Below, piece after piece: positions 1-13,020 of a stretch of DNA of 60,000 nucleotides (position 1 is its first letter; each line of letters starts with the position of its first letter). The position numbers and the translations under genes are program-made. Source of the DNA: Vicugna vicugna (Eukaryota); the NCBI GenBank assembly GCA_013265495.1, contig MU058059.1, forward strand, positions 2,829,502-2,889,501. Reading direction: 5' to 3'. Below the pieces are notes generated by a model. The model worked only from the letters and a program-made list of their open reading frames with translations, searched no databases and was not told the DNA's origin.

Positions 1-99
1 CTTTGAGCACACATGCCGCCGAGCTCGGGAAAAACCCCACGGCCCAAGATGTCCCTGCAAGAAACCTGCTCCAGCCAGGTCTCCAGCCAAGAGCCCTGT

Positions 100-760
100 C
101 CCGCTCCCTGTGTCATCTTATTGTTTTCCCTTCTGTGGTCTGTCCTTCCGTTGATTTCTGTATAGGAATCTTGTATCTTGTCTGTGGTGTCATTTTTGTG
201 TTATTTCTGTTCTTTAAGTGTCTGGTTAAGCCCTTGTGATGAATATGTTAAACAGATATATTTCGGGGGTTTTTAACCCCAAAAAGGAGGAATGGGACTC
301 CATACGTGCCTGGAAAGAGCTGAGTGAGTCTGGACTAAGCACCTCACCGCCCAGGCTCCCCCTGGACCGTGGCCTCTCACCATCCCCACCCCATTCTCTT
401 TGACGAGCTCCTAGAAGATTAAAAAGTGCTCTCTGGCGCGGGCCTAGCACACATGAGGTCCTGGGTTCAACCCCTAGTTCCTCCATTAAAAAAAATTAAA
501 CTAACCTAATTTCCTCCCCCCCCCCAAAGTTTAAGACAACAAACAAAAGCACTCTCTGTGACTTCCCCGGGATACAGCTCTGGGAATGGACACCTGTGGT
601 GTGCAGGCTGGACGGCGACGGGAGGGGGCGCCCTCAGTGCCCTTGTACGCAGTCGTGGCGGGTGGAGGGTCTTCACTCCCACGGTGAAAAGGGAAGCGGT
701 TTCCGCAGGGCCTGGACCCGCATGAGATCGTGGGTCTGAGGGTGCCACCCACATCCCAGT
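100..760 (+). mobile_element. possible ERV 3' end: env-tail-like segment, polypurine tract and LTR start, interrupted by a SINE
   Basis: Hydrophobic stretch IGILYLVCGVIFVLFLFFKCL ending near 239, then AAAAAGGAGGAA (281-292) directly followed by TG. The right boundary is uncertain. Confidence 0.45.
436..544 (+). mobile_element. tRNA-derived SINE (camelid vic-1-like), 5'-truncated
   Basis: B-box 'gggttcaacccc' and tail 'cctccattaaaa...aacctaatttcctcccccc'. TSD aaaagtgctctctg (422-435) / aaaagcactctctg (545-558). Confidence 0.9.
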
Positions 761-964
761 ACATCCTTGCATCATCAGACCCCAACTCAGTAGTTTCCTC
801 TAGATTTTTGAATTTCAGATTTTTACCTTTCTTTCACTTGGTTTCAGCTCTCGGCAGAAATAGTGGTAGAAGAGAAGGGACATCTGGTGGCTTTTCCTCA
901 TCTCTGGGGCCTTGCTGCAGGGTTGAGATTCCCATCACTTTCCGGACACAGCCTGATTCTCTGC

Positions 965-1445
965 CCTTTGCTGCTGAGTAACAATCGCCCAAAACTTAAA
1001 TGCTAAAAACACCAGTAAGTATTTATTATCTCATGCAGTTTCTATGGGGGAGAAATCCTAGAGTGGCTTTGCTGGATGGTTCTGGCTCTCATGTCATTCG
1101 TGAAGTGACTGTCAAAATGCTGGGTCAGGGCTGCAGTCAGCTGAGAGCTTGATGAAGGCAGGAGATCCACTTCCAAGGTGGCTCGTGCTCACCTGGCGAG
1201 TCGGTGCTGGTCTGGGCAGGAGGCCTCGGTCCTCTCTTCACGGGCCCCTTCACAGGCTGCCCAGGTGTCTTTGCAGTGTGGTGGCTGGCTTCTCCCAGCG
1301 ACAGGGAGCAAGGCAGAGGTCTCTTGTGACTACGTCTTTCACGATCGGGCCTTGGAAGTCATTCCCACGATATCCTGCTGGTTACACGAGTCAGCCCTGT
1401 TCCGTGCGGGCGGGGATGAGAAGGCACGACCCCAGGCTGTGAGGC
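965..1445 (-). mobile_element. MaLR LTR (MLT1-like)
   Basis: 'gctgagtaacaatcgcccaaaactta...atttattatctcatgcagtttctatggg...gctggatggttctggctc...ggggctgcagtcagctga' pattern. Confidence 0.75.
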
Positions 1446-2189
1446 TCCTCGAGGCCGTCTGAGGCCGGCCGCCTCCTGGCCGGCGCCCCTGGCCGGGCGG
1501 GCGGGCTGGTTGGCGCGCGGTCAGTCCTGCGCCTGTTGCCTAGCCCGGCGGCGGAGCTCACTCCTCCCGTGCGCTGACCTCTCCGTGCCGCGATGCACTG
1601 TTGTCCCACCAGCTTCTCCTGCTGACGTGGCCTCTTGTTCCTTTAACTGTGCCTGGAGGAACCTTTATTCGGTTGTGAATAAGCTTATCCCACAGCCTTG
1701 ATTAACCTGAGGCTCTCCCCCTCGGCACCCTGCAGAAATGGCCTCTGGAACTCTCCCCACAGGTGACTCATTCTTCCACATCCCAGACACTCCCTCAGTT
1801 TCAGCCACTGCCCTTCAGACTCCACTTGAGCTAACGGAGGCCACACCCTGCAGCTTGTCACCTTAAGTGCCCTCACCACTGAGATCTTAAACTTGGCCAA
1901 ATTCTGACCGCAGCCTCGTCAATTGCTAGCTTCCTCTTTGCTAGGTTCCTCCTGCCTCTCTTGTTCTTTGAGTGTATGAAGCCTCCAGTGCTTTCTCTGA
2001 GCGTGACTCTCCTGCTTCCCTCTTTCCCAGAACAATCGAAGCCTCTGATGCATCACTTCATCCAGTTTTATCAGCACACTCAGTGTCCTTGACTCATTAT
2101 TCCATCGTATCTATCCTGCAAATGGTCAGCTTTAGAGAAATCCATCCAGGACTTCCAATCTCAGACAGGCTAGACAAATGTACTGTCCT

Positions 2190-3876
2190 AACTGATGTGA
2201 CTAAAAAACTGGGGAAAATATATGTATATATTTTAAGATGATTTTCAGGACACTGGCCTTCAAATAATGAAGGGAACAGGAAACAGATTAGGTGACCCCT
2301 AGGTCTCCCCCGGCTTACAGCCTTGAAAGAATGTCCAGGTAGTGGGTACAGGGAGGGGGAATCCAGGTGTAGCCTGGTGGTCTCCCTTAATTGAAAGGAG
2401 AGCTCCCTTATTTGAGCTGAGAGTTCCAAAATGCCAAGGTGGATCGAGTCTGCAGGGTGGAGCAGCAGAGATGAGAGCTGCATAGAGAAGGAATTCTGAA
2501 CGCATGCAGTGTCCCAGTCAAGTCTTCAGCCAAGTACTGAACAGGATAAGCATACAAGGAAATGACCCGAAACCGAGGAAGGAACCGCCCAAAAGGATTA
2601 GAGAGAAAAATGCTCCGAGTTCACGTGGGGCTATATAGCCCCTGTCCCTGTTGAGCAGAGAACCCAGAAAGGTTTTGCCCCAGTAAGTGGGGAAATTATC
2701 TGCAGACTAAACAACAGCTGTAGTCCTGCCTAGCAAAGCAGTAACTGAAGGGATCAAACTGTTTCCGAGTAACTGCATCACAGAGCAAAACTTCAGAATA
2801 TTTGTAGGAATACAAAAACATCCAGCACTCAAGAAAGAAAGATTGACAGTGTCTGGCATCCAGTCCAAAATTACCAGGCATACAAAGACACAGGAAAATA
2901 TGACACACAAAAAAGAGAAGAAAAACCAATCCATTGAAACTAACCCAGAAATAATATGGAAGATCGAATTAGTAGACAAATACATTAAAGCAGTTATTTT
3001 ATAACATCATTCCAGATGACCAAGAAGCCAGAGAAAAGATTTAGTGTATTTAAGCAAAAACATGGAAGATATTTTAAAAATCCAAATAGGACTTCAAGAG
3101 ATGAAAACTACAGAGCCTGAGGGGTTTTTTTAAATATAGTAATGAGGTTAACAGCAAACTAGACTGCAGAAGGAAAAAGTAGTCAACTTATAGCAATAGA
3201 AATTATTCAAAATAAAACACACAGAGAAGATTGGGCAAAAATGATCAAAGCATTGGTGAACTTGATGTCCCCCCAGCGTTGGGGAAGAGATACAGAAAAA
3301 ATGTGAAGAAATATGGCAGGAATTTTCCAAACTTGATGGAAATTATAAATCCACAAATCCAAAAAGCCCAGTCAACTTCCAGCACCAGAAACATGAAGAA
3401 AACTACACCAACGTACATCATAATCAGATTGTTTAAAACCAGTTACAGAGAGAAAACTCTTAAAGCAGCCAGAGGCGGGGAACAAAACATTGTGTGCAGA
3501 GAAAAACAGGAAGGACAGCAGACTTCTTTTTGGACACAATGCAAGCCAGAAGACGGTGGAGCAGTAATGTAGAGTAATGAATGAGGTGTGAACTGTCAGC
3601 CTGGACTGCTATACTTAGCAAGAATGTTTACCAAAACAAAGGTAAAACAGAGATGCTTACGACATACAAAAGTTGAACAAACCATCACCAGAAGACCCAT
3701 CAATGTAAGAAATGAAGGCTGTGTCTCAGGTGGAAATCTACGTCTGCACAAGGGAATGAAAAAGCACTGGAATGAGTGACTACATAGGCAGTCCCCCATG
3801 GATAAATACAAGATTTGTTTTCTTATTATTTAAACATCCTTAAGGGAAAATTGCCTGTTAAAGCATAGTAACATGA
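2190..3876 (+). mobile_element. old L1M element, 5'UTR/ORF1 remnant
   Basis: The ORF at 3231-3572 contains L1 ORF1p-like NFPNLMEIINPQIQKAQSTSSTRNMKKTTPTYIIIRLFKT..EKTLKAAR. Multiple stops. Confidence 0.88.
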
Positions 3877-5004
3877 TTGAAGACCCAGACGTAAGCCTGG
3901 ATACTCTAAAACTTCTAGAGGAAAACAGAGGCAGAACACTCTTTGACATAAATCAGGATGGTATTTTTTTTGGATCTGTCTCCTAGAGCAGTGGAAATAA
4001 AAGCAAAAATAACAAATGGGACTTAATTAAAAAGTTTTTGCACAGCAAAGGAAACCATAAACAAAACAAGATAACCTATAGACTGAGAGAAAATATTTGC
4101 AAACGATGCAACTGACAAGGGATTAATTTCCAAAATGTATAAACAGTTCATACAACTTAATATAAAAAAAAACCCAGTCAAAAAATGGGCAGAAGATATA
4201 AATAGTTATTTCTCCAAAGAAAATATACAGCTAGCCAACTGACACATGAAAATATGCTCAGTATCACTAATTATTAGAGAAATGCACATCGAAACTACTG
4301 GCCTCACACCAGTAGAACGGCCATCATTAAAACGTCTACAAATAATAAATGCTGAGAGAGTGTGGAGACTCCTGCACTGCTGGTGGGAATGTAGATTGAT
4401 GCAGCCACTATGGGCAATAGTATAGTTTCCTAAAAAAAACTAAAAAATAGAGTTACCATATGACCCAGCAGTCCTACTCCTGGGCATATATCCAGAGAAA
4501 ACTCTAATTCAAAAAGATACATGCATCCTAGTGTTCATAGCAGCACTATTTACAATAGCCAAGACATGGAAACAACCCAAATGTTCATCAACAGATGACT
4601 GAATAAAGAAGCTCTGGATGGACCCAGAGATTATCATACAAAGTGAAGTAAATTAGACAGAGACAGACAGATACCGTATGATATCACTTATATGTGGAAT
4701 CTGAAAAAAATGATACAAATGAACTTGTTTATAAACCGGGAATAGACTCACAGACATAGAAAACGAACTTACAGTTACTAAAGGGGAAGAGGGTGAGGAG
4801 TTTGGGATTAACATATACACGCTACTATGTGTAAAACAGATAGACAACAGGGACCTTCTGTAGAGCACAAGGAACTCTATTCAGTATCTTATAATAACCT
4901 TTAATGGAAAAGAATCTGGACAAGAATAGACATGTACGTATAACTGAATCGCTTTGCTATGCACGTGAAACTTAACACGTTCATCAACGATACTTGAATT
5001 AAAA
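3877..5004 (+). mobile_element. younger L1 3' end (ORF2 C-terminus and 3'UTR) nested in the older L1
   Basis: 'ctaaaacttctagaggaaaac...gcacagcaaaggaaaccat...atcacttatatgtggaatct...actgaatcgctttgctat' with a short A-tail. Possible TSD aacatga (3870-3876 / 5005-5011). Confidence 0.92.
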
Positions 5005-5460
5005 AACATGAGAATGTAGTGTGTAATTTATAACCGAGGTGGAAGGAAAAGGTGTGACAACAGTAGCATGAAGGAAGAGGGGACAAATGGAAGTCTCCTG
5101 CTGTGAGAGTCCTCTGGTGTCAAAGTGGGAAGGTATCACTTGCAGGTAAACAGTGACAAAGATGTGAACTATAAGCCCCGTGGCAGCCACCGGAATGACA
5201 CAACAAAGGGATTAAAAATTGAATCATTAAAAAGACTCCATCCATCCAACAGAAGACAGGAAAAGAGAAAAACAGCACAAAGAGCAGAGGGGACAAATAG
5301 AAAACAAAGAGCAAGATGGTAGATTTAAACTCAGCTACATCAATAATCACATTACAGTGTTAAATGGACTAACTGCCCCAATTGAAAATCAGAGGTTGTC
5401 AGATGGGATTAAAAAAAGCAAGACTGCTTACAAGAAACCCACTTTAAACATAAACAAAGA
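5005..5460 (+). mobile_element. old L1M continuation (inter-ORF region and ORF2 start)
   Basis: 'tcaataatcacattacagtgttaaatggactaactgccccaattgaaaatcagaggttgtcagatggg' resembles the endonuclease N-terminus (SIITLNVNGLN.PIKRQRLSDW). Confidence 0.85.
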
Positions 5461-5739
5461 GAGAAACCTATCTGCTTTCTTCAATACAACCAAGCTGCTG
5501 AGAACTGCTAGGAAAAAAAAACATAAATGGGCATATTATTGCTGTAGTAAATTCATGGTATCCATCCTTCCTTTCCGACTCCCCATGCAAATAATCCAGG
5601 ACTGTCTACACTCAAGCTGCGTACACTGCTGCAATGGCTTTGTTTCCTCCTCCACAGGAAAAATAAGTGGTCCACCCTCATATCTATAAATACATTTATC
5701 TCCACACCCATTCTCACCTCCTTTTTGCCAAATTCAGAG

Positions 5740-6030
5740 AAACAAGCCTTCAGGAGACAGACCCCGGGGCAGGAGCCACCTCTGAAGGCCCAGGCCCGGG
5801 TCCGTATCCTACCGGGGATGGACGGTGAGCGTGCCTTCTCTGCTTCTTGGGAAGAGCCTTCTCACCGCCTCTGTACTTGACACCCATTTCCCCCAGGGGT
5901 TTGATCAGGAAACCTGAGCTTTTCAGAACCACCCACCTAAGCTTCTCCCAGACACCTGACCCTCAGAAACTACGTGAGATAATAGATATTTGTTATTTTA
6001 AGATGGTAGGTTTTAAAGATAATGCTGTGT
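5740..6030 (+). mobile_element. MaLR LTR fragment
   Basis: 'cctgaccctcagaaactacgtgagataatagatatttgttattttaag' matches the MLT1 3' end. Confidence 0.6.
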
Positions 6031-6711
6031 CTCTGACTTAGGGTCCAACTCTGGTACCTAATAGGAGCTTCCGGCAAGAGGTACTCCTAGCCTAGAAATT
6101 CAAAAGTGTGGATCTCTTGCTTCTCCCCAGGTTCCTTCTGCTCAGGGGTTATTTCCCGAAGCGTGACACAGACCACAGATAGTTCATGAGATGATCATAG
6201 TCGGTGCAAAGATGAGCATTTGCTTGGATCATGTGTCTGTTTCACTGTGTGTTAGAGAAGGGCTGGTTTTCCATTTGCAGTGCTGATGGATTTTTATTAG
6301 TGTCGGGGGCGTTTGTGCGTGGAGAGGAACAGTCACTGCTAGTTGTAATTTAGGCAACGTCCCAGTTATTAATCTTAGGAATTTATTAGACAATTAGCAT
6401 TTCTTAGATATTAAATAATCAACTTTGCCCTAAATATTTACAATTACTTACAACTAATAAATAAAAAATTATGGATTTAACATAATAAATGTTCCCAATC
6501 AATAAAACAAACCTAGATTACAAACTTAAGCCAGCACTTCTAAGCATTTAATTAAAATCTTGAGTCATAGTCATTCCCTTCAATAAGCTGACTCTTCACG
6601 TGCAAAATAGTCACACACGAAATGCAAAAAGTACAAAACTGATTAATGTCCTTACACCAAAAGAGGTTACAGTGATAGATACGGTGGCTTTTATTGTGTT
6701 CCTTTTCTGGG

Positions 6712-6816
6712 GTTTCTGTTTGTTTTGTTTTTAACTTTTTTTTTAATGGAGGCACTGGGGCTTGAACCCAGGCCCGCGTGCACGCTAAGCCCCCTCCCCC
6801 GAGCTGTGCCCGCCCC
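6712..6816 (-). mobile_element. tRNA-derived SINE (vic-1-like)
   Basis: 'ttttttaatggaggcactggggcttgaacccagg...gagctgtgcccgccccc' is the reverse complement of the family consensus. Confidence 0.85.
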
Positions 6817-6859
6817 CAGACTCCTTTTTGGATCATCACTCTTCTCAAAACCCCCAGTT

Positions 6860-7700
6860 ATCACATGCTTTTGTTACACTGTCCTGGGATTTTAGTACCT
6901 CTGTCAGTTCAGTAACTGATATTTTCCGTCTTTCTAGAATTTTGGAAACTTTACCAGACCCCAGAGTAAGAGAATACTGCCTTGATACACCCCTGGGAGA
7001 TGGTGGGCCTTGGGCTGGCGACGTAATGATTCTTGGTCAGGATACAACTGAACAGACAAGTCGATTCAAACCTGAGCCACTGGTCATCAGGGTGAGTTTC
7101 TTTTTCTTGCAAGGAAGCTCCCCTTGTAGTATCGGGACCTTTAGTTGCTTCCTTTGAGACTTGGAACCCTTTCCAGGGACGGAGTGGCCCCTCAGATCCG
7201 CACGCCGCCCCTGCTTACTGAGCAGTGGCTGAGAGGCGCTGGGCCGGTCTGTTACCGGGATTGGAAGCTCACAGACATACGTCCTATTACTGTCTCCCTA
7301 GAAACAGTGGTGGTGTCCAGGGGTTTCACTCCTTGAGAAAAGAGGGGGTGAGTCTGGGGTTCGCGTCTTCTGTTCAGGACATTTGGCTAATTTATTATCT
7401 AGGGACACGTGTTTGGATAGCCGTTAACGGGTGAGAGCGGTGAAGCTCATGGCCAGGTCTTCACTTCCCACTTACCGTCCACAGAAATTTCTCGCTCTTG
7501 GCAGCGTTCCTCTTCATGCTGGGTGTGCTGTAGCTGACTCGCCAATTTCAGTCACTCCTCCTGCTTCTGCTGGTCCGTTCCTATGTCTGATAAATAGTCA
7601 GGAGCTTACCAGAGGATCACTGTATCCACGGACTGCAGAGATGAAACACTTCTGTTATTGAAAGTAACAAGGATGAGGCATATTCTGAGTTCACCCTTTT
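6860..7700. mobile_element. probable ERV/LTR-element remnant
   Basis: ERV-like texture with PPT-like 'gagaaaagagggggtg' near 7336-7350. Family and orientation unresolved. Confidence 0.35.
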
Positions 7701-8084
7701 TTTTGAATAACTTCATTATTTTGTTACTGATCCTGACATTTTTTTACTTCTTGCTCCAAAACATGCATTCAGTCCCCAATTTAGTCATTGTCGTTTCACT
7801 GGAGAAGAGCGTTAGTGGCCAAGATCTGGGCTGCACGAGTGTTCACGAGCCACGGTTCCATCAATCACCAAACCTTCCTCTCCAGGGCTGATGGATGGTA
7901 GGGACACATAGCTCCCTGTGATGAAACATTTAACATTAAAAAGTGAGGTAGTTAGAAAAGAACTGCCTGTAAGGAATATCACTGGCCGAGACGAACGCCC
8001 CATGTGTGGACTGTGAATGTGTGGCCCTCTGAACTTGCCCCCTGGTCTGTCCACCTGTGAGCCCCACCCCCAACTGTGCTGGAC

Positions 8085-8510
8085 CTGCCCTAACAAAGCT
8101 CCCCAGACCGGGGGCTTCAAACAACAGAAATGTATTGTCTCGGTTCTGGAAGCTAGAAATACGATGTCAAAGTGTCAGCAGGGCCCTGCTCCCCCAAGAC
8201 CTGGCAGGGAGGGGGGGTTCTCCTTGCCTCCCCCCGCTTCCGGTGGTGGCCAGCCACCCTGGGGGCTCATTGACTTACAGTTACAGCACTTTAGCCTCTG
8301 GGTCTGTCCCCACGTGGCCGTCCTCTCCAGTGTGTCTGCGTGTCTCTCCTGAGAAGGACACCACTCATTCAGGGCCTACTCTGCTCCAGTGTGACCTCAT
8401 CTCAACTAATGACACCGCCAATGGCCCTGTCTCCAAATAAGGTCGCATTCCCAGGTCCTGGGGGTTAGGACTTGAACATATCTTTGGGGGGCACAGGTCA
8501 GCCCACAGCA
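8085..8510 (-). mobile_element. MaLR LTR (MLT1A-C-like), near complete
   Basis: 'taacaaag...ggcttcaaacaacagaaatgtattgtctc...tctccaaataaggtcgcattc...gggggttaggacttgaacatatctttgggggg'. Confidence 0.9.
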
Positions 8511-11500
8511 GGCCTGTCAGCCGTGGCCTTTCACTAGAGGTGACAAGAGCAGAGGCCGGGGAGGCCGGAGGCAGCAGTGCGGGGAATATAGAGGCGTGCG
8601 GTCCCATGCGGGGCCCAGGCCCACCCAGCAGACCTCAAACCTGCTTTGCAAACTCTCGACCGGAAGGGTGGTTGATTGAGCAGAATTCAGTTCATAGTGG
8701 AGAGGTAGTTTGGAAGAAGGGAGGATGGTCTTGCTTACTTAAAGGTTCCTAAAAGTGGGGAGACTGGGATGCTTCAGAGGTTCCCTCGTTTTGTCCGAGG
8801 AGCAGCCTGGGCCCCTGGGCAGAACCGTGGGCCCCAGGCCCCCAGCAGCTCTGCTCCTGTTTCTCTTTCCATTTGTGCAGCTGCCTCTCTGGGTCCAAAT
8901 CAAGGTGGGTTCCTTGTGCATATCACTTGTTCCTCAGTCTTTTCTTTTTGGTGGCAAAATACACGTAAAATCGATCATCTCTATTAATAAGTAGGAAGTA
9001 AAACATTGCAACGCAGCTGCCAGCGATGGGCGGCGTAGAGGAAGTTGCTCCTTGCTGCTGCGTCTGGGTAGCTGTGCCTCCTGGACCCCAGGCTCTTCCA
9101 GCAGTTTCCATGAACAAGATGGACACCCCAGCCCCCGAGCTCTGCTCGCAACTGGCCAAGCCTGTAAACAGAGATAATGCCAGCACTGGGCCACGGATGC
9201 TGTGCGTAGCCGCCTGTGGAGGTTCCTTTCTCCCTATGTGTTAATACAAACAATAGGCTGAAAATGTAATTACCACTGCTGACTTCATTAAGAGCAGCTC
9301 TGAAGGTTACTCCTCGGTCCTGGGGTAGAAAAGACTGGATTGGGGCCATCTGTCCTCGCCAGCCCTGTGGTGGACCTCGCCGTTGGCTGCCCCAGGAAGC
9401 CAGTTTCATCAGCCCCATTTTGCAGGCACCGAACTGATCTTGGGGAGGGGGATGGGGGCCTCCCCTAGGCTGCCCCATCAGCCAGGGGCCATGGCAGGAC
9501 TTGAACTTGGGGGATTGGCACCCACGTGCCCCTGGGGCCTTCCCAGAGGGTCCAGGCCCAGAGCCAACTTCCTGGGTTCAGGCTCTTTGGCTGTTTGATC
9601 TTGGGCAGTTTATCTAAGCTCTGTGTCTTCATTTGCACATCTGGACAAAACCAGGTGCTTCTTGGCAACCGGCATGTTTCAGAAAATCCGTGGGTTCTTC
9701 TTTCTCTCCTTCCTCCTCACTGAAGATGAACTGCCGCCTGGTGACGAGCCCCTCCCGCCTTGGCAGTCTTGCCCCAGGGCATCCCCACAGAGGAGGCTCT
9801 TTCTTGCTCCCACGTGGGACACAACAGATGGGCGGCCAATTCGCAGGACAAAGCAGAAGGCAGCTGGGATGGGTGAGCCTGTGGACATGCGATGAAGGCC
9901 AGGGGAGGGCTCACAGCGGGGTCACTCAGAGCAGCCTCGGGAAACAGACCAGACTGAAAACTGCTCGACGCAACTGGGGTTCCCGGCGTTCCCGGCGTGG
10001 AGCACAATGCCCGGGAACCCGGAGACTGGGGCACCCGCGACCGGAGTGGAGTCATTGCCTGCCCCGGGCTTCCCACGGTGCTCAGACCCCAGCACGCACG
10101 CTCCTGAGTCTCTGAACTGGACGCCCAGATGGAGCATGGAAAGGAGGTGCTTCCCTCGGCCACTCAGCCCTGCGTCTCAGGTCACTGCGGCACAGGGGCC
10201 TCCTCCTGCCCCCACCTTGCCCAGCCCAGCTCCTCTCCTCGCTGACCTCGGAGAAGGACGAAACCGGTGGTCCCTCCCACAGCGGGTGCTGGGACTGAGG
10301 CCCCCAGGTGGGGAGGCTGATGGCGGCCCCCCTTCCCCTCCCCTATTGGCTGAATTGTGCGTTGTGGGGTGCACTGCTGCTCCTGGGGTCGGGGTACAGG
10401 TGGGGATACGTTGGCCCTGCTACCCACAGGCCAGTGGAAGCAGCTCCTGGCCTTAGTCACGGGACCTGAGGATGCATTTTTTTGACAGAGGGGTTCTCCA
10501 TCTCCCTACCTCCAACATGGCACTGAATCAGGGCAGTGGGTCCAGCCAGGTCCAGCCTGGAGGTGGGGGCTGGGGGCCATCTCTAGGTGGAGATGCAGGG
10601 GTCCTTTGCTGAGAGTTCACGCCCAGAGTGTGGCTGGCATGAGGGAGCACCCCTGCCTCCCTGGGAGAGCAGGTGACAGCTCCTCGGGGTGGGATCTGGG
10701 GCCCACGTGCCGCCTCCGGGGAGTGTGGGCTGGCAACATGCCGCATCAGCCTAGAACTCCCTCTGAGAGGTGACACCAGCGGGCAACCAGGACTGCAGGA
10801 CGAGCAGCCTGGGAGACGACCCCCGCCCCACATCACAGCCCAGGCTGGCCAGGACCGCTGGGCTCCCCTGGGGGTCTACTCCAGCCTGGCAAGAGAGTTT
10901 GCAATTCAGGGGCTGCTTGTAAGGGCTTCTGCATCCTCCCAGGACCGTCAAATCCGGGGTCATCAGGCTGAATGGCGCCTGGCTGGTTCACAAAGCCGAG
11001 AAGCTGTGGCAGCCTCCTCGGGGCTAAAGAGAGACTTTCCTGGTGCTGGAAACCTGTTGGGCTCAGGGTGCGTGTGACCCAGGAGCTGGCTCTCCCTCCT
11101 CCACCTGCTGCAGAAAGGACGTTTCACATCACCTGCTGATTTAATGAGAGGTCTCTGTCTGTCTGCCCCAGGCTTCCTTTTCTTCATGCTGTCTTAGATC
11201 TCCATCCATTTCACAAAACACTGATTTGTCAGACATTACCCTCATTTTAAATTATATATATTGGTTTAAACATAATCCACCTTCCCTTTCCGATCCCATT
11301 AGCTTATAAAAGCATTAGCAAACTGTCACACGTTTAAATGAGCGTGTAATGGGTATCGGCTTTAATTGTCAGCACCTAAGTGGCCATTACAACCAAGTGT
11401 TTTGCCTCATAAGTCAGGTAAGCCCCTCACCCTCCAAGGAAAAATGCTTGAGACTTGGCTGCTGCAAGCTTATAGCGAAATTTGCATCCCCTGGAAACAC

Positions 11501-11554
11501 ACATATAAGACACTGGTATTTTGATCAACCTTAAGAGGTGTTTGTTTGTTTGTT

Positions 11555-12010
11555 TGTTTTGGTGGGAAAATATACATAGCATCCGATGTGTCATTTTAGC
11601 CATTTTTTAAAGTGTCCAGTTCTGTGGAATCAGAAACATTCACACTGTTGTGCAGCCATCACCACCGTCCATCTCCAGAAATTTCTCAGCATCTTCAGCT
11701 GAAATTCTGCACCAATTAAGCAGTAACTCCCCAGCCCCCGCCCCCAGCCCCTGGCAGCCCCCATTCTACTTTCTGTCTCCATGAACTGGACCCTCTAGGT
11801 CCCTCAAGTAAGTGGCTCATACAGTATTTGTCCTTTTGTGTCTGGCTTATTTCACTCAACATAACCGAGGTTTGGCCATGTTGTAGCGTGTGTCAGAATT
11901 TCCTTCTTTTTTCCATGCTGAGCAATATTCCATCGTGTGTTTACAACACATTTTTTTTATCCGTTCATCAGTCGACGGACATGGGTGGTTTCCACCTCTG
12001 GGCTGTTGCA
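11555..12010 (-). mobile_element. L1MA/MB-type 3'UTR fragment
   Basis: 'cattcacactgttgtgcagccatcaccaccgtccatctccagaa...gtccttttgtgtctggcttatttcactcaacata'. Confidence 0.9.
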
Positions 12011-13000
12011 GAGAGTACTTGTGCTGGGGGGTGGGGCTTGGTTTTGTTTTACGTTCCAGTCCTCGTGTTTCCCTTTCTCTTCCTCAGCCGCTGAAATCCA
12101 AGAGTTCTTACCTGTTTTAGGGGGTCACCAACCCATTCAAGAATGTCAAACAGTTTAGGTCCTCTCCCATTGAAAAAGTTAAGTACGGCACGCGCACAAG
12201 CACTGCGTCCTTGCACCACAGGTTAATCTCTGCTGTGGATAAGCACTGTCTCCCCGGAAGCTGAAAATCAGCGGTTTTCAAATCAGAACCTGGTTGAAAT
12301 GCTGAGTAAAGCAAACCATCGCTTCTGGCTTGACAGTTTTAGAAAGTGAGTGGCTGTGTCTGGAACTTCCCGGCTGTGGGCGCAACAGCAAGAAGGGTAC
12401 AGAGTGTCTCGGGGGCCCTGGGGGTCAGGGGCAGAGCGCATGGTCGTGTCCCAGACGCAGAGAGGTCAGCGGCAGTGTGTGGAGGGAAGGGCGTTTGCAG
12501 GGGACGTGCGCCCAGGCAGGAGGCAGAAGCCCCTCCCTCGTTCTAGGCAGGAGTCTTCCCGTGCTGGCCTCTTGCCTCCAGACCTTGGCTGCAAGGCCCC
12601 AGCCCGAAGCACCAACACTTTCCCATGATCCCAGGAATCAGCTCTGGAGCTGGAGACCCTCATTTCCAATCTCACTGCATGTAAAGTTGTGTTCCAGGAG
12701 AGGCTTCGGCCGGACAGGATGCGGTACTACCCGGCGGGGCTGCAGGAGCGCCGAGACCAGCCAGCATCAGGATCGTCTGCTGCGGCGGGGAGTGTTTCCT
12801 ACAAATTGGCCACGTCTGAGCAGCAGATCTGAACAAGATCCCACTGGGTTACACGCAGAGCTGTGGCTGAGCTGACGCTGGACACCCAGGGGTGCTCGGG
12901 GACTCGTGCCCGATGTCCAGGCATAAAGATGGGAGGTGAGTTGCACGGGAGAAGTGAGTCCTCCAGTGTGCACACTTGGGGCAGTGCCATGTCTGTATTA

Positions 13001-13020
13001 GTGTGTGTGTGTGTGTGTGT
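13001..13020. repeat. (GT)10 microsatellite
   Basis: Perfect GT run. Confidence 0.95.

Noticed and set aside
3231..3572. 113-aa ORF
   Set aside because: Decayed L1 ORF1p fragment, not a host gene.
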